Part shown: one piece after another, positions 39,997 through 50,749 of the stretch
Layout of the letters: the number at the start of each line of letters is the position of its first letter
Numbering within the stretch: the stretch's first letter is position 1
Source of the DNA: Bdellovibrio sp.
Lineage (GTDB): Bacteria > Bdellovibrionota > Bdellovibrionia > Bdellovibrionales > Bdellovibrionaceae
Direction of reading: 5' to 3'
Assembly: GCA_036677065.1 (NCBI GenBank)
Contig: JAKFBS010000001.1
Span: forward strand, 224,001-288,000
Length of the DNA stretch: 64,000 nt
Position numbers and translations under genes: made by a program
The notes under the pieces: model-generated
The model's input: the letters and a program-made list of their open reading frames with translations, nothing else
Told to the model about the DNA's origin: nothing
Database searches by the model: none

Positions 39997-41262
39997 ATGA
40001 CATACACAGGGGCGCAAGCTCACATTCACACGCAGATCTGTAACAACTATGATAAAGTTTCTAATTGGTTTAAAAAACAAACTTCGGTTTTAGATTATCC
40101 AATTTATTCAAGCTATGACATTCGCGATGCGGGTTACAAAGTAACTAACGTGGATGCGAATATTTATCCAGCGGGCTTTAACAACATCTGCCCTACGGAT
40201 AAAGAATCAGCCGTAGATTTATTTCAAAAATATATTCATATTCATTACGGCAAAAATGTTAAAAAAATTCTCTTAGTCACTGAAGAGCACACGGCTAATC
40301 CTTACTATTTAGAAAACGTAGCTACAATTTCTGAATTATTAGTGGCGGGTGGTTTTTTCGTGCAAGTGGCTTTTCCGAAAATGTTAGAGGCTCCCTTAGA
40401 ATTAACCAGTGTGACCGGAAAAAAAGTAATTGCTTATAGCGGTTATACGAATTCGGCTAGTTTTCAACAGTTTGCTCCAGACATTGTTATCAGTAATAAC
40501 GATTTTTCATTGGCCTTAAAAGAATGGGGTGATCAATTACAATTGCCTCTGAACCCACCCAGAGAACTTGGTTGGTACCAAAGACAAAAATCACGTTATT
40601 TTGAAAACTACAATTCACTGGTAAATACGTTCTCTGAATTAGCAGGTATTGATCCATTTTTAATGCGCGTTGAAACTGAATTATTTGAACATTTTGATAT
40701 TAACAGTGATGAAAGCCGTGACGCTTTAGCAGCTAAAGTAGATCAGTTCTTAGCTGGATTACAAAAAAAATATGACGAAGAAAAAATCGAACAAAAGCCA
40801 TTCTGCTTTGTAAAAAACAATGCCGGAACTTACGGCTTAGGTGTGATTAAAGTTTCTTCGGGCCAAGAAGTGAAAGAGTGGACTTATAAATCACGTAAAA
40901 AAATGAAAGCCGCAAAAGGCGGTCGTGATGTTGAACAAGTGATTATCCAAGAAGGAATTCCTTCCGTTGTGACTTCAGAACAAGCTTCAGCAGAACCAGT
41001 TATCTATATGGTTGGTTGTGAGCTGGCAGGTGGTTTTTTGCGTACTCATTCCGAGAAGTCGTCGACTGAAAGTTTGAATTCTCCGGGCGCCGTTTACAAA
41101 AAACTTTGTGTGACAGATCTCCTCGACAATCGTCAGGCTTGCCCGCAAGAAAACGTCTACGGTTGGTCAGCTAAACTTGGACTCCTCGCGATTGGTCTAG
41201 AAGCACAGCAGATGAAAGTCCAATTTAAAGGTTACCAAAAAGCAGAATGCGGATCGATATGA
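39997..41262 (+). CDS. gshA: Glutamate--cysteine ligase (ATP-grasp GshA type)
   Basis: PIYSSYDIRDAGYK..VDAN.YPAGFNN, KNNAGTYGLG, IIQEG, AEPVIY, LNSPG. Confidence 0.85.
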   Translation: MTYTGAQAHIHTQICNNYDKVSNWFKKQTSVLDYPIYSSYDIRDAGYKVTNVDANIYPAGFNNICPTDKESAVDLFQKYIHIHYGKNVKKILLVTEEHTANPYYLENVATISELLVAGGFFVQVAFPKMLEAPLELTSVTGKKVIAYSGYTNSASFQQFAPDIVISNNDFSLALKEWGDQLQLPLNPPRELGWYQRQKSRYFENYNSLVNTFSELAGIDPFLMRVETELFEHFDINSDESRDALAAKVDQFLAGLQKKYDEEKIEQKPFCFVKNNAGTYGLGVIKVSSGQEVKEWTYKSRKKMKAAKGGRDVEQVIIQEGIPSVVTSEQASAEPVIYMVGCELAGGFLRTHSEKSSTESLNSPGAVYKKLCVTDLLDNRQACPQENVYGWSAKLGLLAIGLEAQQMKVQFKGYQKAECGSI

Positions 41263-41274
41263 TATTATTTATGT

Positions 41275-41880
41275 ATGGAGCAATTCGTACATAAATTTAA
41301 GTCAGTATTTTTATTTTTCCTGACCTTTACATTAGGATTCTCTTTATTTTACGGCTACTTTAATGAAAATTTCTCAGAGCGTGATCCTGCGGCGATCGGA
41401 AATAAAGTCCATCAGCTAAAAAACTTCGACCCAGAACAACTCAAAGAAGAGTTAGCACATAAAATTCAGGTGCAAAATCTTCCGGACGGTAAAAAGTATT
41501 TACGCTTTACCAGTCTGTCTTCAAATGTTTGCCGCCAATATCCAAAAGTGCAAATTCAGTTTTCTGCAGATGGCATTTCGGTAGCGGGCGAGCCACCAAT
41601 CATGACTATTGAAGCTGATTGTTTACCGGCGCAAGACCCAGTTGAAATGGCGTCGATTGAAATTCCTGTTGAAAAAATTTTGAAGCAAAAGCCAACAAAT
41701 GCGTCTTACAAATTTGACGGTTTAACTTCAACGTTCACGTTTTCTGGCTCAGGGGATGAGTGGCCAAAAACGTGGATATTACGTTCAGTAATTTTCAAAA
41801 ATCAAAACGGCAATTCAAAAATCGTCGCTTTCGAAAAAGCAGTCTCTAAAGATCACAGACCAACAATCTTAGAATTCTAA
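41275..41880 (+). CDS. Membrane-anchored hypothetical protein
   Basis: N-terminal TM followed by RDPAA, a motif typical of Bdellovibrio exported proteins. Cys pair. Confidence 0.6.
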   Translation: MEQFVHKFKSVFLFFLTFTLGFSLFYGYFNENFSERDPAAIGNKVHQLKNFDPEQLKEELAHKIQVQNLPDGKKYLRFTSLSSNVCRQYPKVQIQFSADGISVAGEPPIMTIEADCLPAQDPVEMASIEIPVEKILKQKPTNASYKFDGLTSTFTFSGSGDEWPKTWILRSVIFKNQNGNSKIVAFEKAVSKDHRPTILEF

Positions 41881-41916
41881 AAGGTGCCAGGCCCTGTTTC
41901 TGGTTGCAGCGAATCA

Positions 41917-42309
41917 ATGAATAAAGCTTTCGGTATAATCATTTTATTATCTCAAAGTTTAGCTTTAGCTGCGACACCCAATGAACAAGCGTGTGCAGAT
42001 AAAACTCAAAAACAAAACGAAATGCAGCTAATCTCTGCGAAGTTATCACGTAGTGAACAGCTCGGCATGAATACTGAAAAAGAAACGCAAGCTATGACAT
42101 TAGCTCAGCAAGAGCTAGAGCGCGCCGAAGAGGCTTGTCCGATGACAAAAGACGAAGCCTGCGCAGTTCGAGTTTTAAAAAAGAAACAATACGATGCTTT
42201 GATCGGAAATATTTCAAGAAATCCATTAATGGATATGGACCGCGCGCTTAAAAAATTAAAAGCCGTCTCTAAAGAATACAAGCACGCAAAATCAATCTGC
42301 CCGCAATAG
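41917..42309 (+). CDS. Secreted protein with two Cys-bracketed helical repeats
   Basis: Signal peptide from MNKAF. ACA...ACP and ACA...ICP repeats. Confidence 0.55.
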   Translation: MNKAFGIIILLSQSLALAATPNEQACADKTQKQNEMQLISAKLSRSEQLGMNTEKETQAMTLAQQELERAEEACPMTKDEACAVRVLKKKQYDALIGNISRNPLMDMDRALKKLKAVSKEYKHAKSICPQ

Positions 42310-42338
42310 GATTACATTGTAAACCGAAACACCGAGCG

Positions 42339-42368
42339 AAAAAAAAGGAGCCCGAAAGCTCCTTTTTT
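42339..42368. terminator. Bidirectional terminator
   Basis: A8-GGAGC-ccgaaa-GCTCC-T6. Confidence 0.85.
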
Positions 42369-42415
42369 ATTTATGAATTTGGCACGTTGCTCCCCAAAAA
42401 GTAACGGCCTACCTA

Positions 42416-43933
42416 TTAAAACTGCTTAGCAATTTCAACGAATGTACGAACCATTACGCCTGTTGCGCCTTTTGGTGAGCAGTAATTTAAACGATTACCA
42501 CATGCCCAGCCAGTGCCAGCGATATCAAAGTGAGCCCAAGGAATGCCTTCAGCTACGAATTGTTCTAAGAATGCTGCTGCTGTTCCAGAACCCGCGCCAC
42601 CTGTGTAAGAGATGTTTGAAAGGTCTGCGTATGTGCCTTTCATATCTTTCGTGTGGTGTTCATTGAATGGCATATTCCAGATTGCTTCGCCAGAAGTTGA
42701 TCCTGCTTTTTCAATTTTAGTTTTTAAAGCAGAGTTTTTAGTAAAATATCCTGTGTGGATATTACCTAAAGCAACAACCATTGCGCCTGTAAGAGTTGCT
42801 GCATCGATGATTGCTGCAGGTTCTTGTTCAGAAGCATACACTAAAGCATCAGACAGAATTAAACGGCCTTCAGCATCAGTGTTGTTGATTTCAAAAGTTT
42901 TACCATTACGTGCCGTGTGCACATCACCTGGTTTAGTCGCGCTTCCGTTAATCATGTTTTCAGTCGCAGGTACGAACGCGATCACATTAACTTTTAATTT
43001 TAATTGAGCGATAGCTAACATTGTTCCGATAACTGCAGCGCCGCCGCCTTTATCGTATTTCATTTCTTCCATTTTAGCGCCTGGCTTAATGCTTACGCCG
43101 CCGCAATCGAAAGTTAAACCTTTACCGACGAATGCCAATGGCTTTTTAGTTTTAGCTGCGCCATTGTATTCCATAACGATAAAACGTGGCTCTTGATCAG
43201 AACCTTGAGCAACGCCTAATAGACCGCCCATTTTTTCTTTTTCAATGCGTTTTTTATCCCATGATTGAACTTTTAAAGCAGGAGTTCCTTTAGCACCGCG
43301 AATCGCTTCGTTGCCTAAGATTGTCGGAGTCATCAAGTTACCTGGCATATCACCTAAACGGCGTGCGAAGTTAGTGCATGAAGCAAGGATTGTACCTTCG
43401 TTAAATGCAGCGATGATGCCTTTTTCTTTACCGGCTTTAGACACTAAGTGAATATTTACTGTTTCATCTTTTGCCGCAGTTTTTGGTTTTGATTTTAATT
43501 CATCAAATGTGTAGCCCGCTAAATTTAAACCTTCTACGAAAGCTTGTGTGTATTCAGCTAAGTCTTTTTTGCTAGAAGCCAAACCGTCTAATTGAACAAA
43601 TGCTTCAGATACTTTTAAGTTTTTAACTTCTTTGTATAAAGCAGCAGCTGCCTGACGAACAGTTTCGTGGGTCATTTTGCTATCAGCACCTAGACCAACC
43701 ACGATGACATGGCGAAAGTTGTTTAAATTCGCTTCACGAAAAGAAATAGCTTCGTTAGCTGCGCCTGTGATTAACTTATCATCCAGAGAAGCTTCGAAAA
43801 TGCTGTTCACATCTTTTTCTGTGATCTGAGCTGGTTTGTCTTTTTGCGCATTAGTTTTGGCAAAAAACACTACCGTTTGACCTTTTAAAGTTGAAATATC
43901 TTTCGCGTGCAAATGAACCTGCAAAGTCGACAT
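42416..43933 (-). CDS. pepA: Leucyl aminopeptidase (M17)
   Basis: VGKGLTFDCGG.SIK, NTDAEGRL.L.D, ATLTGA, WAHFDIAG. Confidence 0.96.
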   Translation of the reverse strand: MSTLQVHLHAKDISTLKGQTVVFFAKTNAQKDKPAQITEKDVNSIFEASLDDKLITGAANEAISFREANLNNFRHVIVVGLGADSKMTHETVRQAAAALYKEVKNLKVSEAFVQLDGLASSKKDLAEYTQAFVEGLNLAGYTFDELKSKPKTAAKDETVNIHLVSKAGKEKGIIAAFNEGTILASCTNFARRLGDMPGNLMTPTILGNEAIRGAKGTPALKVQSWDKKRIEKEKMGGLLGVAQGSDQEPRFIVMEYNGAAKTKKPLAFVGKGLTFDCGGVSIKPGAKMEEMKYDKGGGAAVIGTMLAIAQLKLKVNVIAFVPATENMINGSATKPGDVHTARNGKTFEINNTDAEGRLILSDALVYASEQEPAAIIDAATLTGAMVVALGNIHTGYFTKNSALKTKIEKAGSTSGEAIWNMPFNEHHTKDMKGTYADLSNISYTGGAGSGTAAAFLEQFVAEGIPWAHFDIAGTGWACGNRLNYCSPKGATGVMVRTFVEIAKQF

Positions 43934-44172
43934 GAGTATCCTTCCGAAGTTATTAAATTCACTTCAATTTATAGGAGCCCATTTTGTCCCAATTTGATAA
44001 CAGTTTAAAGCAGTATTTCTTAAGAAGAGGCATTTCGACTAGACTAGTCGAGTCTTTTTCTGGACTCATGATAAAAAAAATAAAGTGTGATCATTAAAAG
44101 TCCGAAAAAACACATAGTGAAAACACCACCTGAAAGTGGAATAAAGAAGCAGCAACAGAACAGGAGCCGGCA

Positions 44173-44778
44173 GTGGCAGTAATACCATACGTAATTGAAC
44201 AGACATCAAAGGGCGAAAGATCATACGATATTTACTCGCGTTTATTAAAAGACCGCATTGTGATCTTAGGATCAGCAGTGACAGACGAGGTCGCCAACGC
44301 AATTATTGCCCAAATCTTGTTCTTAGAGGTGGATAATCCTGAAAAAGATATTCAATTTTATATTAATTCGCCAGGTGGCAGTGTTTCTGCAGGTATGGCG
44401 ATCTACGATATGATGCAATTCGTGAAGTGCGATATTGCAACTTATTGTTTAGGAATGGCAGCCAGCATGGGATCTTTGCTACTAACAGCTGGTACTAAGG
44501 GGAAAAGATACTCAATGCCTAGTTCTAGAATCATGATCCATCAACCGCTTTTAGCTGGTGGTGGCTTATCTGGACAGGTAACGGATATCGAAATCCACGC
44601 CAGAGAATTGATTAAGACTAAAGAAAAGTTAACTCGTATTTATGAAAAGCATACGGGTAAAGACTACGCGACACTACATGCAGCTATGGAACGCGATAAT
44701 TTTATGGATGCTAAAACAGCCTTAGATTTCGGTTTAATTGACCATGTGATTGAATCTCGTAAAGCGAACAAAGGATAA
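44173..44778 (+). CDS. clpP: ATP-dependent Clp protease proteolytic subunit
   Basis: [32 protein letters not shown]. Confidence 0.98.
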   Translation: MAVIPYVIEQTSKGERSYDIYSRLLKDRIVILGSAVTDEVANAIIAQILFLEVDNPEKDIQFYINSPGGSVSAGMAIYDMMQFVKCDIATYCLGMAASMGSLLLTAGTKGKRYSMPSSRIMIHQPLLAGGGLSGQVTDIEIHARELIKTKEKLTRIYEKHTGKDYATLHAAMERDNFMDAKTALDFGLIDHVIESRKANKG

Positions 44779-44781
44779 TAG

Positions 44782-46065
44782 ATGAAAGACGCTCAATTAA
44801 GATGCTCATTTTGTGGTAAAGGCCAAAAAGAAGTTAAAAAACTTATTGCTGGCCCAAGCGTTTATATCTGCGACGAATGTATCGACCTTTGCATGGATAT
44901 CATCGACGAAGAAAAAGACAAAGAAGTTGCGGTCAAAGGAGCTTTCAGAGTTCCGAAACCAGCAGAGATCAAGGCTTTCTTAGATGATTATGTTATCGGC
45001 CAGTTATCAGCGAAGAAAACAATCGCAGTAGCGGTGCACAATCACTACAAACGTATCAATGCTTTACAAGGCAAAAAAGCTACGGATGTAGAATTACAAA
45101 AATCAAATATTTTATTAGTTGGTCCGACAGGATCAGGTAAAACATTAATCGCACAAACAATTGCAAGAGTATTAAATGTACCTTTCGCAATGGCAGATGC
45201 GACAACGTTAACTGAAGCTGGTTACGTGGGTGAGGACGTTGAAAATATCGTTCTTAACTTATTACAAGCTGCTGATTACGATATCGAAAAAGCAAAACGT
45301 GGAATCATCTACGTGGATGAGATCGATAAAATTTCACGTAAATCAGAAAATCCATCAATCACGCGTGACGTATCGGGTGAAGGTGTACAGCAAGCGTTAT
45401 TAAAAATCTTAGAAGGAACAGTTGCAAACTTACCTCCAAAAGGTGGTCGTAAACATCCACAACAAGAATTTATCCAAGTAGATACAACGAATATCTTATT
45501 TATTTGCGGTGGTGCTTTCTCTGGTTTAGATAAAATCGTAGAAAATAGAACAGTTAATAAATCAATGGGTATTGGCGGAGAAATTAATCACAATGCTGAT
45601 GGTGACACAGAACACTTATTAGCAAAAGTAACTCCTGAAGATTTAACTAAATTCGGTCTTATCCCAGAGTTCATCGGTCGCTTACCGGCAATCGCTACAT
45701 TAGCGCCGTTAAAAGAAGATGCTTTAATGGAAATCTTAACTCGCCCTAAAAATGCGATCACTAAGCAGTACCAAAAGTTATTCTCTTTTGAAGGTGTTGA
45801 TTTAAGATTTACTGATGAAGCCTTAAAAGCAATCGCTCGCGAAGCTTTAAAACGTAAAACAGGTGCCCGCGGTCTTCGCGGTGTTATCGAATCATCAATG
45901 TTAGATGTGATGTACGATGTTCCTGGTTTAACTAACGTTAAAGAAGTGATCATCGATGAAAAAGTAATCCAAGAAATGGCTCAGCCGAAAATGGTTTATT
46001 ACACTGATGAAGAGATGAAGGCTAAAGCTGAAAAAGCTAAGAAGTCTGAATCAGAATCTGCATAG
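44782..46065 (+). CDS. clpX: Clp protease ATP-binding subunit
   Basis: CSFCGK zinc domain, [34 protein letters not shown]. Confidence 0.98.
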   Translation: MKDAQLRCSFCGKGQKEVKKLIAGPSVYICDECIDLCMDIIDEEKDKEVAVKGAFRVPKPAEIKAFLDDYVIGQLSAKKTIAVAVHNHYKRINALQGKKATDVELQKSNILLVGPTGSGKTLIAQTIARVLNVPFAMADATTLTEAGYVGEDVENIVLNLLQAADYDIEKAKRGIIYVDEIDKISRKSENPSITRDVSGEGVQQALLKILEGTVANLPPKGGRKHPQQEFIQVDTTNILFICGGAFSGLDKIVENRTVNKSMGIGGEINHNADGDTEHLLAKVTPEDLTKFGLIPEFIGRLPAIATLAPLKEDALMEILTRPKNAITKQYQKLFSFEGVDLRFTDEALKAIAREALKRKTGARGLRGVIESSMLDVMYDVPGLTNVKEVIIDEKVIQEMAQPKMVYYTDEEMKAKAEKAKKSESESA

Positions 46066-46089
46066 TTAGAAAAATTAAAAGCTAAAAGT

Positions 46090-46120
46090 AAAAAAGGAAA
46101 GTTTAGACTCTCCTTTTTTT
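46090..46120. terminator. Terminator between clpX and the dacB-like gene
   Basis: AAAAAAGGAAAGT-ttag-ACTCTCCTTTTTTT imperfect hairpin. Confidence 0.7.
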
Positions 46121-46137
46121 ATTCTGTATTTTAAGAA

Positions 46138-47562
46138 TTATTGTTCAAAAACATCGTTAGCACCAGCTTGTCCACCACTACCAAGCGCTAGGTTTGGTAA
46201 TGCCGGTGTGTTTTCAGGAGCTTCGTCTTCATCGTAGTTATCCATGTTGTCTTTAAGTGGATTATCCATGATGTAGTTGTAGGGAACACCACGAACTTGT
46301 TTTACTAGTTTGATTAATTCAGCGTTAATCATCGCACGAGCACGGTTTTCTTCTTTTCTAGACATTGAAGAAATTTGCACATTATAAAAGAAATAGTGTG
46401 GGCCATTTGTGCTGTTGATGACGCCACCTAAAGCGATGTTGGTTCCGACAGTTCCGGTTTTAGCGACAACCATACCACGTGTTTGTGGTTTTGTATAAGC
46501 CGCTCCACCAACAGTAGAGCCCTTATCAACGCCCATTACGGCAACGATGTCAGTGATTTGTTTCTTTTGTTTTTGCACCGCTGTGTTTAGGGCACGAATC
46601 GTACGAACTACAACGCTACAAGAAGCTTCGTTGTATAAACGACCAGAACCATCTAAATCGTGATTTTGTCCTGAACCATTAACAAATGAAAATTCAGATT
46701 CAGAAACTTTTAAAGTGTTGTAATAGAAAGAATTTAATTTTTCTAAACCACCAGCAGCCACTAATAGTCGATTTGAAGAGTGGTTATTAGAATTCCAGTT
46801 CATTGATTTAATAATTGCGCGCATATCCTGAGAAGACACGTAAAGTTTAATCGCGTTTGAAGCTGGTTTAAATTCACTTGAAGCTTTGAACGAAGTTTTT
46901 GCGACAACAAAACGCGGAGATTTAAAAAGTTCGATACCGGCAGCCTTAGCTGTTAAGTAAGTTTTAGAATAATCAGCTAAGATCACACGTTGTTCTTTTA
47001 ATTGCGCTTCAACTAATTCTTTTGGTGGGTAATTCAAAGTGGCTTTTAATATTGTCGGGCGAATATGCGTGCGTGTAGCAACAGTTACTTTTTGGCCTTT
47101 TCTATTTTTAGCTACACGCGAACCAGTCACTACCGAAAATCCATTATAAGCATCAGTATCGTGAAGGTATTTTACATTTTCATCAAAAGTAAGATGGCGA
47201 ATATTTTTAACTCCCGCTTCATTTAAACGAGAAACAATCATTTGCATTTTATAGCGGTTGAAATATGGATCAGCGCTTCCTGCGATGTGTACGTCGTGCG
47301 TAGTTTTATCAACGGGCGTAGCAAATACTTGTGTGGAAAAAGTTGTGCCTAAGTCGAAAGTCGTTGTTGCTAGAAGACTAGTAAACAATTTAGAAACTGA
47401 TGCAATTGGGTACTTGATATTGATATTTGTACCTTTAATCTCTTTCATGTTCTGGTCCATATGGCATGAACTCACCATCTTGGCGCCATAAACAGAATTC
47501 GCCACCAATGTGCCGATCATAAAAGACAAAAGAATAGGTTTGTTTACTAACTTATTTAACAT
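46138..47562 (-). CDS. Secreted PBP4/DacB-type DD-endopeptidase (Bd0816/Bd3459-like)
   Basis: SVSK, SNN and KTGT active-site motifs. DVHI.GS.DP.F, LTFDEN, F.NGSG.N, YNEA.C and STVG match the predatory DacB subfamily as recalled. Confidence 0.85.
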   Translation of the reverse strand: MLNKLVNKPILLSFMIGTLVANSVYGAKMVSSCHMDQNMKEIKGTNINIKYPIASVSKLFTSLLATTTFDLGTTFSTQVFATPVDKTTHDVHIAGSADPYFNRYKMQMIVSRLNEAGVKNIRHLTFDENVKYLHDTDAYNGFSVVTGSRVAKNRKGQKVTVATRTHIRPTILKATLNYPPKELVEAQLKEQRVILADYSKTYLTAKAAGIELFKSPRFVVAKTSFKASSEFKPASNAIKLYVSSQDMRAIIKSMNWNSNNHSSNRLLVAAGGLEKLNSFYYNTLKVSESEFSFVNGSGQNHDLDGSGRLYNEASCSVVVRTIRALNTAVQKQKKQITDIVAVMGVDKGSTVGGAAYTKPQTRGMVVAKTGTVGTNIALGGVINSTNGPHYFFYNVQISSMSRKEENRARAMINAELIKLVKQVRGVPYNYIMDNPLKDNMDNYDEDEAPENTPALPNLALGSGGQAGANDVFEQ

Positions 47563-47949
47563 CACGTACCACCTGTTTGAGATGACATAAAGCAAGATAG
47601 AAACCCCGTTAAAACGAATATATGCGACTTGAAATAAACATTGTCTAGTTATGTATCAAATTGAGCTGTAAATTGTTAGACAGACGATCGTGTAAATATG
47701 ACTTCAGGACCCAAAGATATTTTTATTTCTACAATAACGAAAAAGGCTTTGCTCTTTCAAAGTAACCCAATAAAATAATATGTAAGGCCGCGGTTTTGCA
47801 TTCAATATAAATCACTTTATAACGAATAAATTAACCGCTCCCGACCAAGAAAGGGTCACAAACCCAATCTCTGGTACTCGGTTAGGATAACCGGGGCGAA
47901 AAACTGGTAAAATGATTTACTGGTTTTATTCAAGGAAGGAGTTCTTTCA

Positions 47950-50475
47950 ATGGCGAAAACAAACACAGCCGATACTCAACAACTACCCTTACTTCCTCTA
48001 CGTGATCTCATCATCTTTCCTCATATGATGATGCCGTTATTTGTAGGACGTGAAAAAAGCATCAATGCATTAGAAGATGCTATGAGCAAACAAACGGATA
48101 TCATTTTAGCAGCGCAAAAAGATGCTAAAACAAATAACCCTGAAGAAAAAGATATCTACACTATCGGCACTGTGGGTTCAATTATTCAACTTTTACGTTT
48201 ACCAGATGGTACAGTAAAAGTTTTAGTAGAAGGTAAACGCAGAGCACGCATCAAAGGTTTCGTACCAAATGATGGTTTCTTTGTTGTTAACTGTGAAGTC
48301 ATTGAAGAAGAAGTTGAAAATCCAACTGAAGCATCAGCTTTAGTTAGATCTGTAAAATCAACTTTTGAAACTTACGTTAAATTAAATAAACGTATTCCAC
48401 CTGAGATTTTAATGCGCGTATCAAGCATTGAAAGCCCAGGAGAACTAGCTGACATTATCGTTGCTCAGTTAAATCTTAAATTAGAAGACAAACAAAATAT
48501 TTTAGAAATCCTAGATCCATCTAAACGTTTAGAAAATCTATTAAACCTAATGACAGGTGAAATTGAAATTCTAGAAGTTGAGAAAAAAATTCGCACGCGT
48601 GTGAAAAAACAGATGGAAAAATCGCAGAAGGAATACTATTTGAATGAGCAAATGCAGGCTATTCAAAAAGAACTTGGCGAAAAAGATGATTATCAAGCCG
48701 AGTTAGAAGACCTTTCGACTAAGTGCAAAGATAAAAAAATGCCTCAAGAGGCAAAAGATAAAGTTAATAAAGAAATTAAAAAATTGAAATTGATGTCACC
48801 AATGAGTGCTGAAGCTACAGTTGTAAGAAATTACATTGACTGGGTTTTATCTCTTCCTTGGACAGATTACTCAGAAGATCGTCATGATGTTAAAAATGCT
48901 AAGAAAATCTTAGATGAAGATCACTGGGGATTAGAAAAAGTTAAAGATCGTATCTTAGAATACCTTGCTGTTTTGTCGTTATCGAAAAACATGCGTGGAC
49001 CTATCATCTGTCTTGCCGGCCCTCCGGGCGTAGGTAAAACATCTTTAGCAAGATCTATCGCTGAATCTTTAAATCGTCCATTTGCGCGTATCTCTTTAGG
49101 TGGCGTGCGTGATGAAGCAGAGATTCGCGGTCATAGAAAAACATACGTCGGCGCGATGCCAGGTAAAATCCTGCAAGCGTTACGTAAAGTTGATAAAGGT
49201 AATCCGGTCGTTCTATTAGATGAAATCGATAAAATGGCTAATGACTTCAGAGGTGACCCAGCGTCAGCGATGCTTGAAGTATTAGATCCAGAACAAAATT
49301 CATCTTTCTCGGATCACTATTTAGAGCTTGAGTACGATTTATCAAATGTGATGTTCGTAGCTACAGCAAATAATTTAGGTAATGTTCCAAGACCGTTACT
49401 TGATCGTATGGAAATCATTTATTTAGATGGCTACATCGAGCAAGAAAAGTTTCACATTGCTAAGAATTATTTAATTCCAAAACAAATCGGTAATCACGGT
49501 TTGAAAGATTTAAATATTTCTATGAATGATAAAGCAGTTCGCGATGTTATTCGTTACTACACTCGCGAAGCGGGCGTTCGTAACTTAGAGCGTGAATTTG
49601 CAAACGTATTCCGTAAAGTGGCTAAAGACGTTGTTATGAATAACATGATCGACGATCTTAAGTCTGAAGGAACTGCGACTGCAAAAACTAAAGCTGCTCC
49701 TGCTAAAAAAGCGGCTAAAGGCAAAGCGGCTGCTAAAACTGCTAAAGCTTACAAAAAAGACGGTTATGTAATTACATCAGAAAAACTGGTTGAATTACTT
49801 GGACCACACAAACTACGCCATGGCGAGATCGAGAAAACAAACGAGATCGGTCTTACAAATGGTATGGCTTGGACAGAAGTGGGCGGAGACTTATTAGCAG
49901 TAGAAGTTTCTGCGGTTCCGGGTAAAGGTAAATTCACAGTCACTGGTCAATTAGGTGATGTGATGAAAGAGTCTTGTTCGGCAGCGATGAGCTACGTACG
50001 TTCTCGCGGACCTTTATTTGGTTTCGATAAAGAATTTTACGCAAACATCGATATCCATATCCATTTACCAGAAGGCGCTACTCCAAAAGATGGTCCTTCA
50101 GCAGGTATCGCTCTTGTAACTTCGGTTGTATCAGCGATCACGAAAATCCCGGTTCGTCGCACAGTTGCGATGACTGGTGAGATCTCGTTACGTGGTAAAG
50201 TGTTAGCTATCGGTGGTTTAAAAGAGAAAGTCTTAGCTGCTCACCGTGGTGGCATTAAGATGATTATCTGCCCGAAAGAAAACGAAAAAGATCTTAAAGA
50301 CATTCCAAAAGAAGTTCTTAAAGAGCTAAAAGTTATTCTGGTAGACCATGTTGACCAAGTTTTAATCAATGCTTTAGACATTAAATCGCCTAAAGAGTTG
50401 TTCAAAATGCAGTCAGAGCGTGAATTCGGTATCAAAGCTAATTATACCGGGCAACAAGTTCATACTCAGCACTAA
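47950..50475 (+). CDS. lon: Endopeptidase La (Lon)
   Basis: [42 protein letters not shown]. Confidence 0.98.
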   Translation: MAKTNTADTQQLPLLPLRDLIIFPHMMMPLFVGREKSINALEDAMSKQTDIILAAQKDAKTNNPEEKDIYTIGTVGSIIQLLRLPDGTVKVLVEGKRRARIKGFVPNDGFFVVNCEVIEEEVENPTEASALVRSVKSTFETYVKLNKRIPPEILMRVSSIESPGELADIIVAQLNLKLEDKQNILEILDPSKRLENLLNLMTGEIEILEVEKKIRTRVKKQMEKSQKEYYLNEQMQAIQKELGEKDDYQAELEDLSTKCKDKKMPQEAKDKVNKEIKKLKLMSPMSAEATVVRNYIDWVLSLPWTDYSEDRHDVKNAKKILDEDHWGLEKVKDRILEYLAVLSLSKNMRGPIICLAGPPGVGKTSLARSIAESLNRPFARISLGGVRDEAEIRGHRKTYVGAMPGKILQALRKVDKGNPVVLLDEIDKMANDFRGDPASAMLEVLDPEQNSSFSDHYLELEYDLSNVMFVATANNLGNVPRPLLDRMEIIYLDGYIEQEKFHIAKNYLIPKQIGNHGLKDLNISMNDKAVRDVIRYYTREAGVRNLEREFANVFRKVAKDVVMNNMIDDLKSEGTATAKTKAAPAKKAAKGKAAAKTAKAYKKDGYVITSEKLVELLGPHKLRHGEIEKTNEIGLTNGMAWTEVGGDLLAVEVSAVPGKGKFTVTGQLGDVMKESCSAAMSYVRSRGPLFGFDKEFYANIDIHIHLPEGATPKDGPSAGIALVTSVVSAITKIPVRRTVAMTGEISLRGKVLAIGGLKEKVLAAHRGGIKMIICPKENEKDLKDIPKEVLKELKVILVDHVDQVLINALDIKSPKELFKMQSEREFGIKANYTGQQVHTQH

Positions 50476-50508
50476 TAAGATTCTGTTAAAAAACTGAATA
50501 AATACTTT

Positions 50509-50545
50509 AGAAGGAGAGCCTAAAAACTCTCCTTCTTGCTTTTTA
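50509..50545 (+). terminator. lon terminator
   Basis: AGAAGGAGAG-N8-CTCTCCTTCT followed by a T-rich run. Confidence 0.8.
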
Positions 50546-50749
50546 TTTTAGCATAAAGGGTATTATTCAGTGCAATGTTCTTAAAAACCTACATAACTGT
50601 TTGAAATTTTTAAGTTAACCCAAGAATCACAGAGCCCATAAATTTAAAAAATTTCGACTAGATGTAAGTTTGTTGACCTGATCTTACAAAATCTGTACTT
50701 TCCTTTTCATTCATTTCCAGACGAAAAACTGACAAAGGATTAACACAAA

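Noticed and set aside
41879..41900. AAAAGGTGCCAGGCCCTGTTT as a REP-like palindrome
   Set aside because: Single degenerate copy in the window; cannot be supported without the whole genome.
42379..42396. TTGGCACGTTGC as a sigma54 promoter
   Set aside because: Spacing is not GG-N10-GC, and it lies between convergent genes.
43040..43063. PepA MKYDKGG instead of the usual MKxDMxG
   Set aside because: Metal ligands are intact, and this variant occurs in other M17 enzymes.
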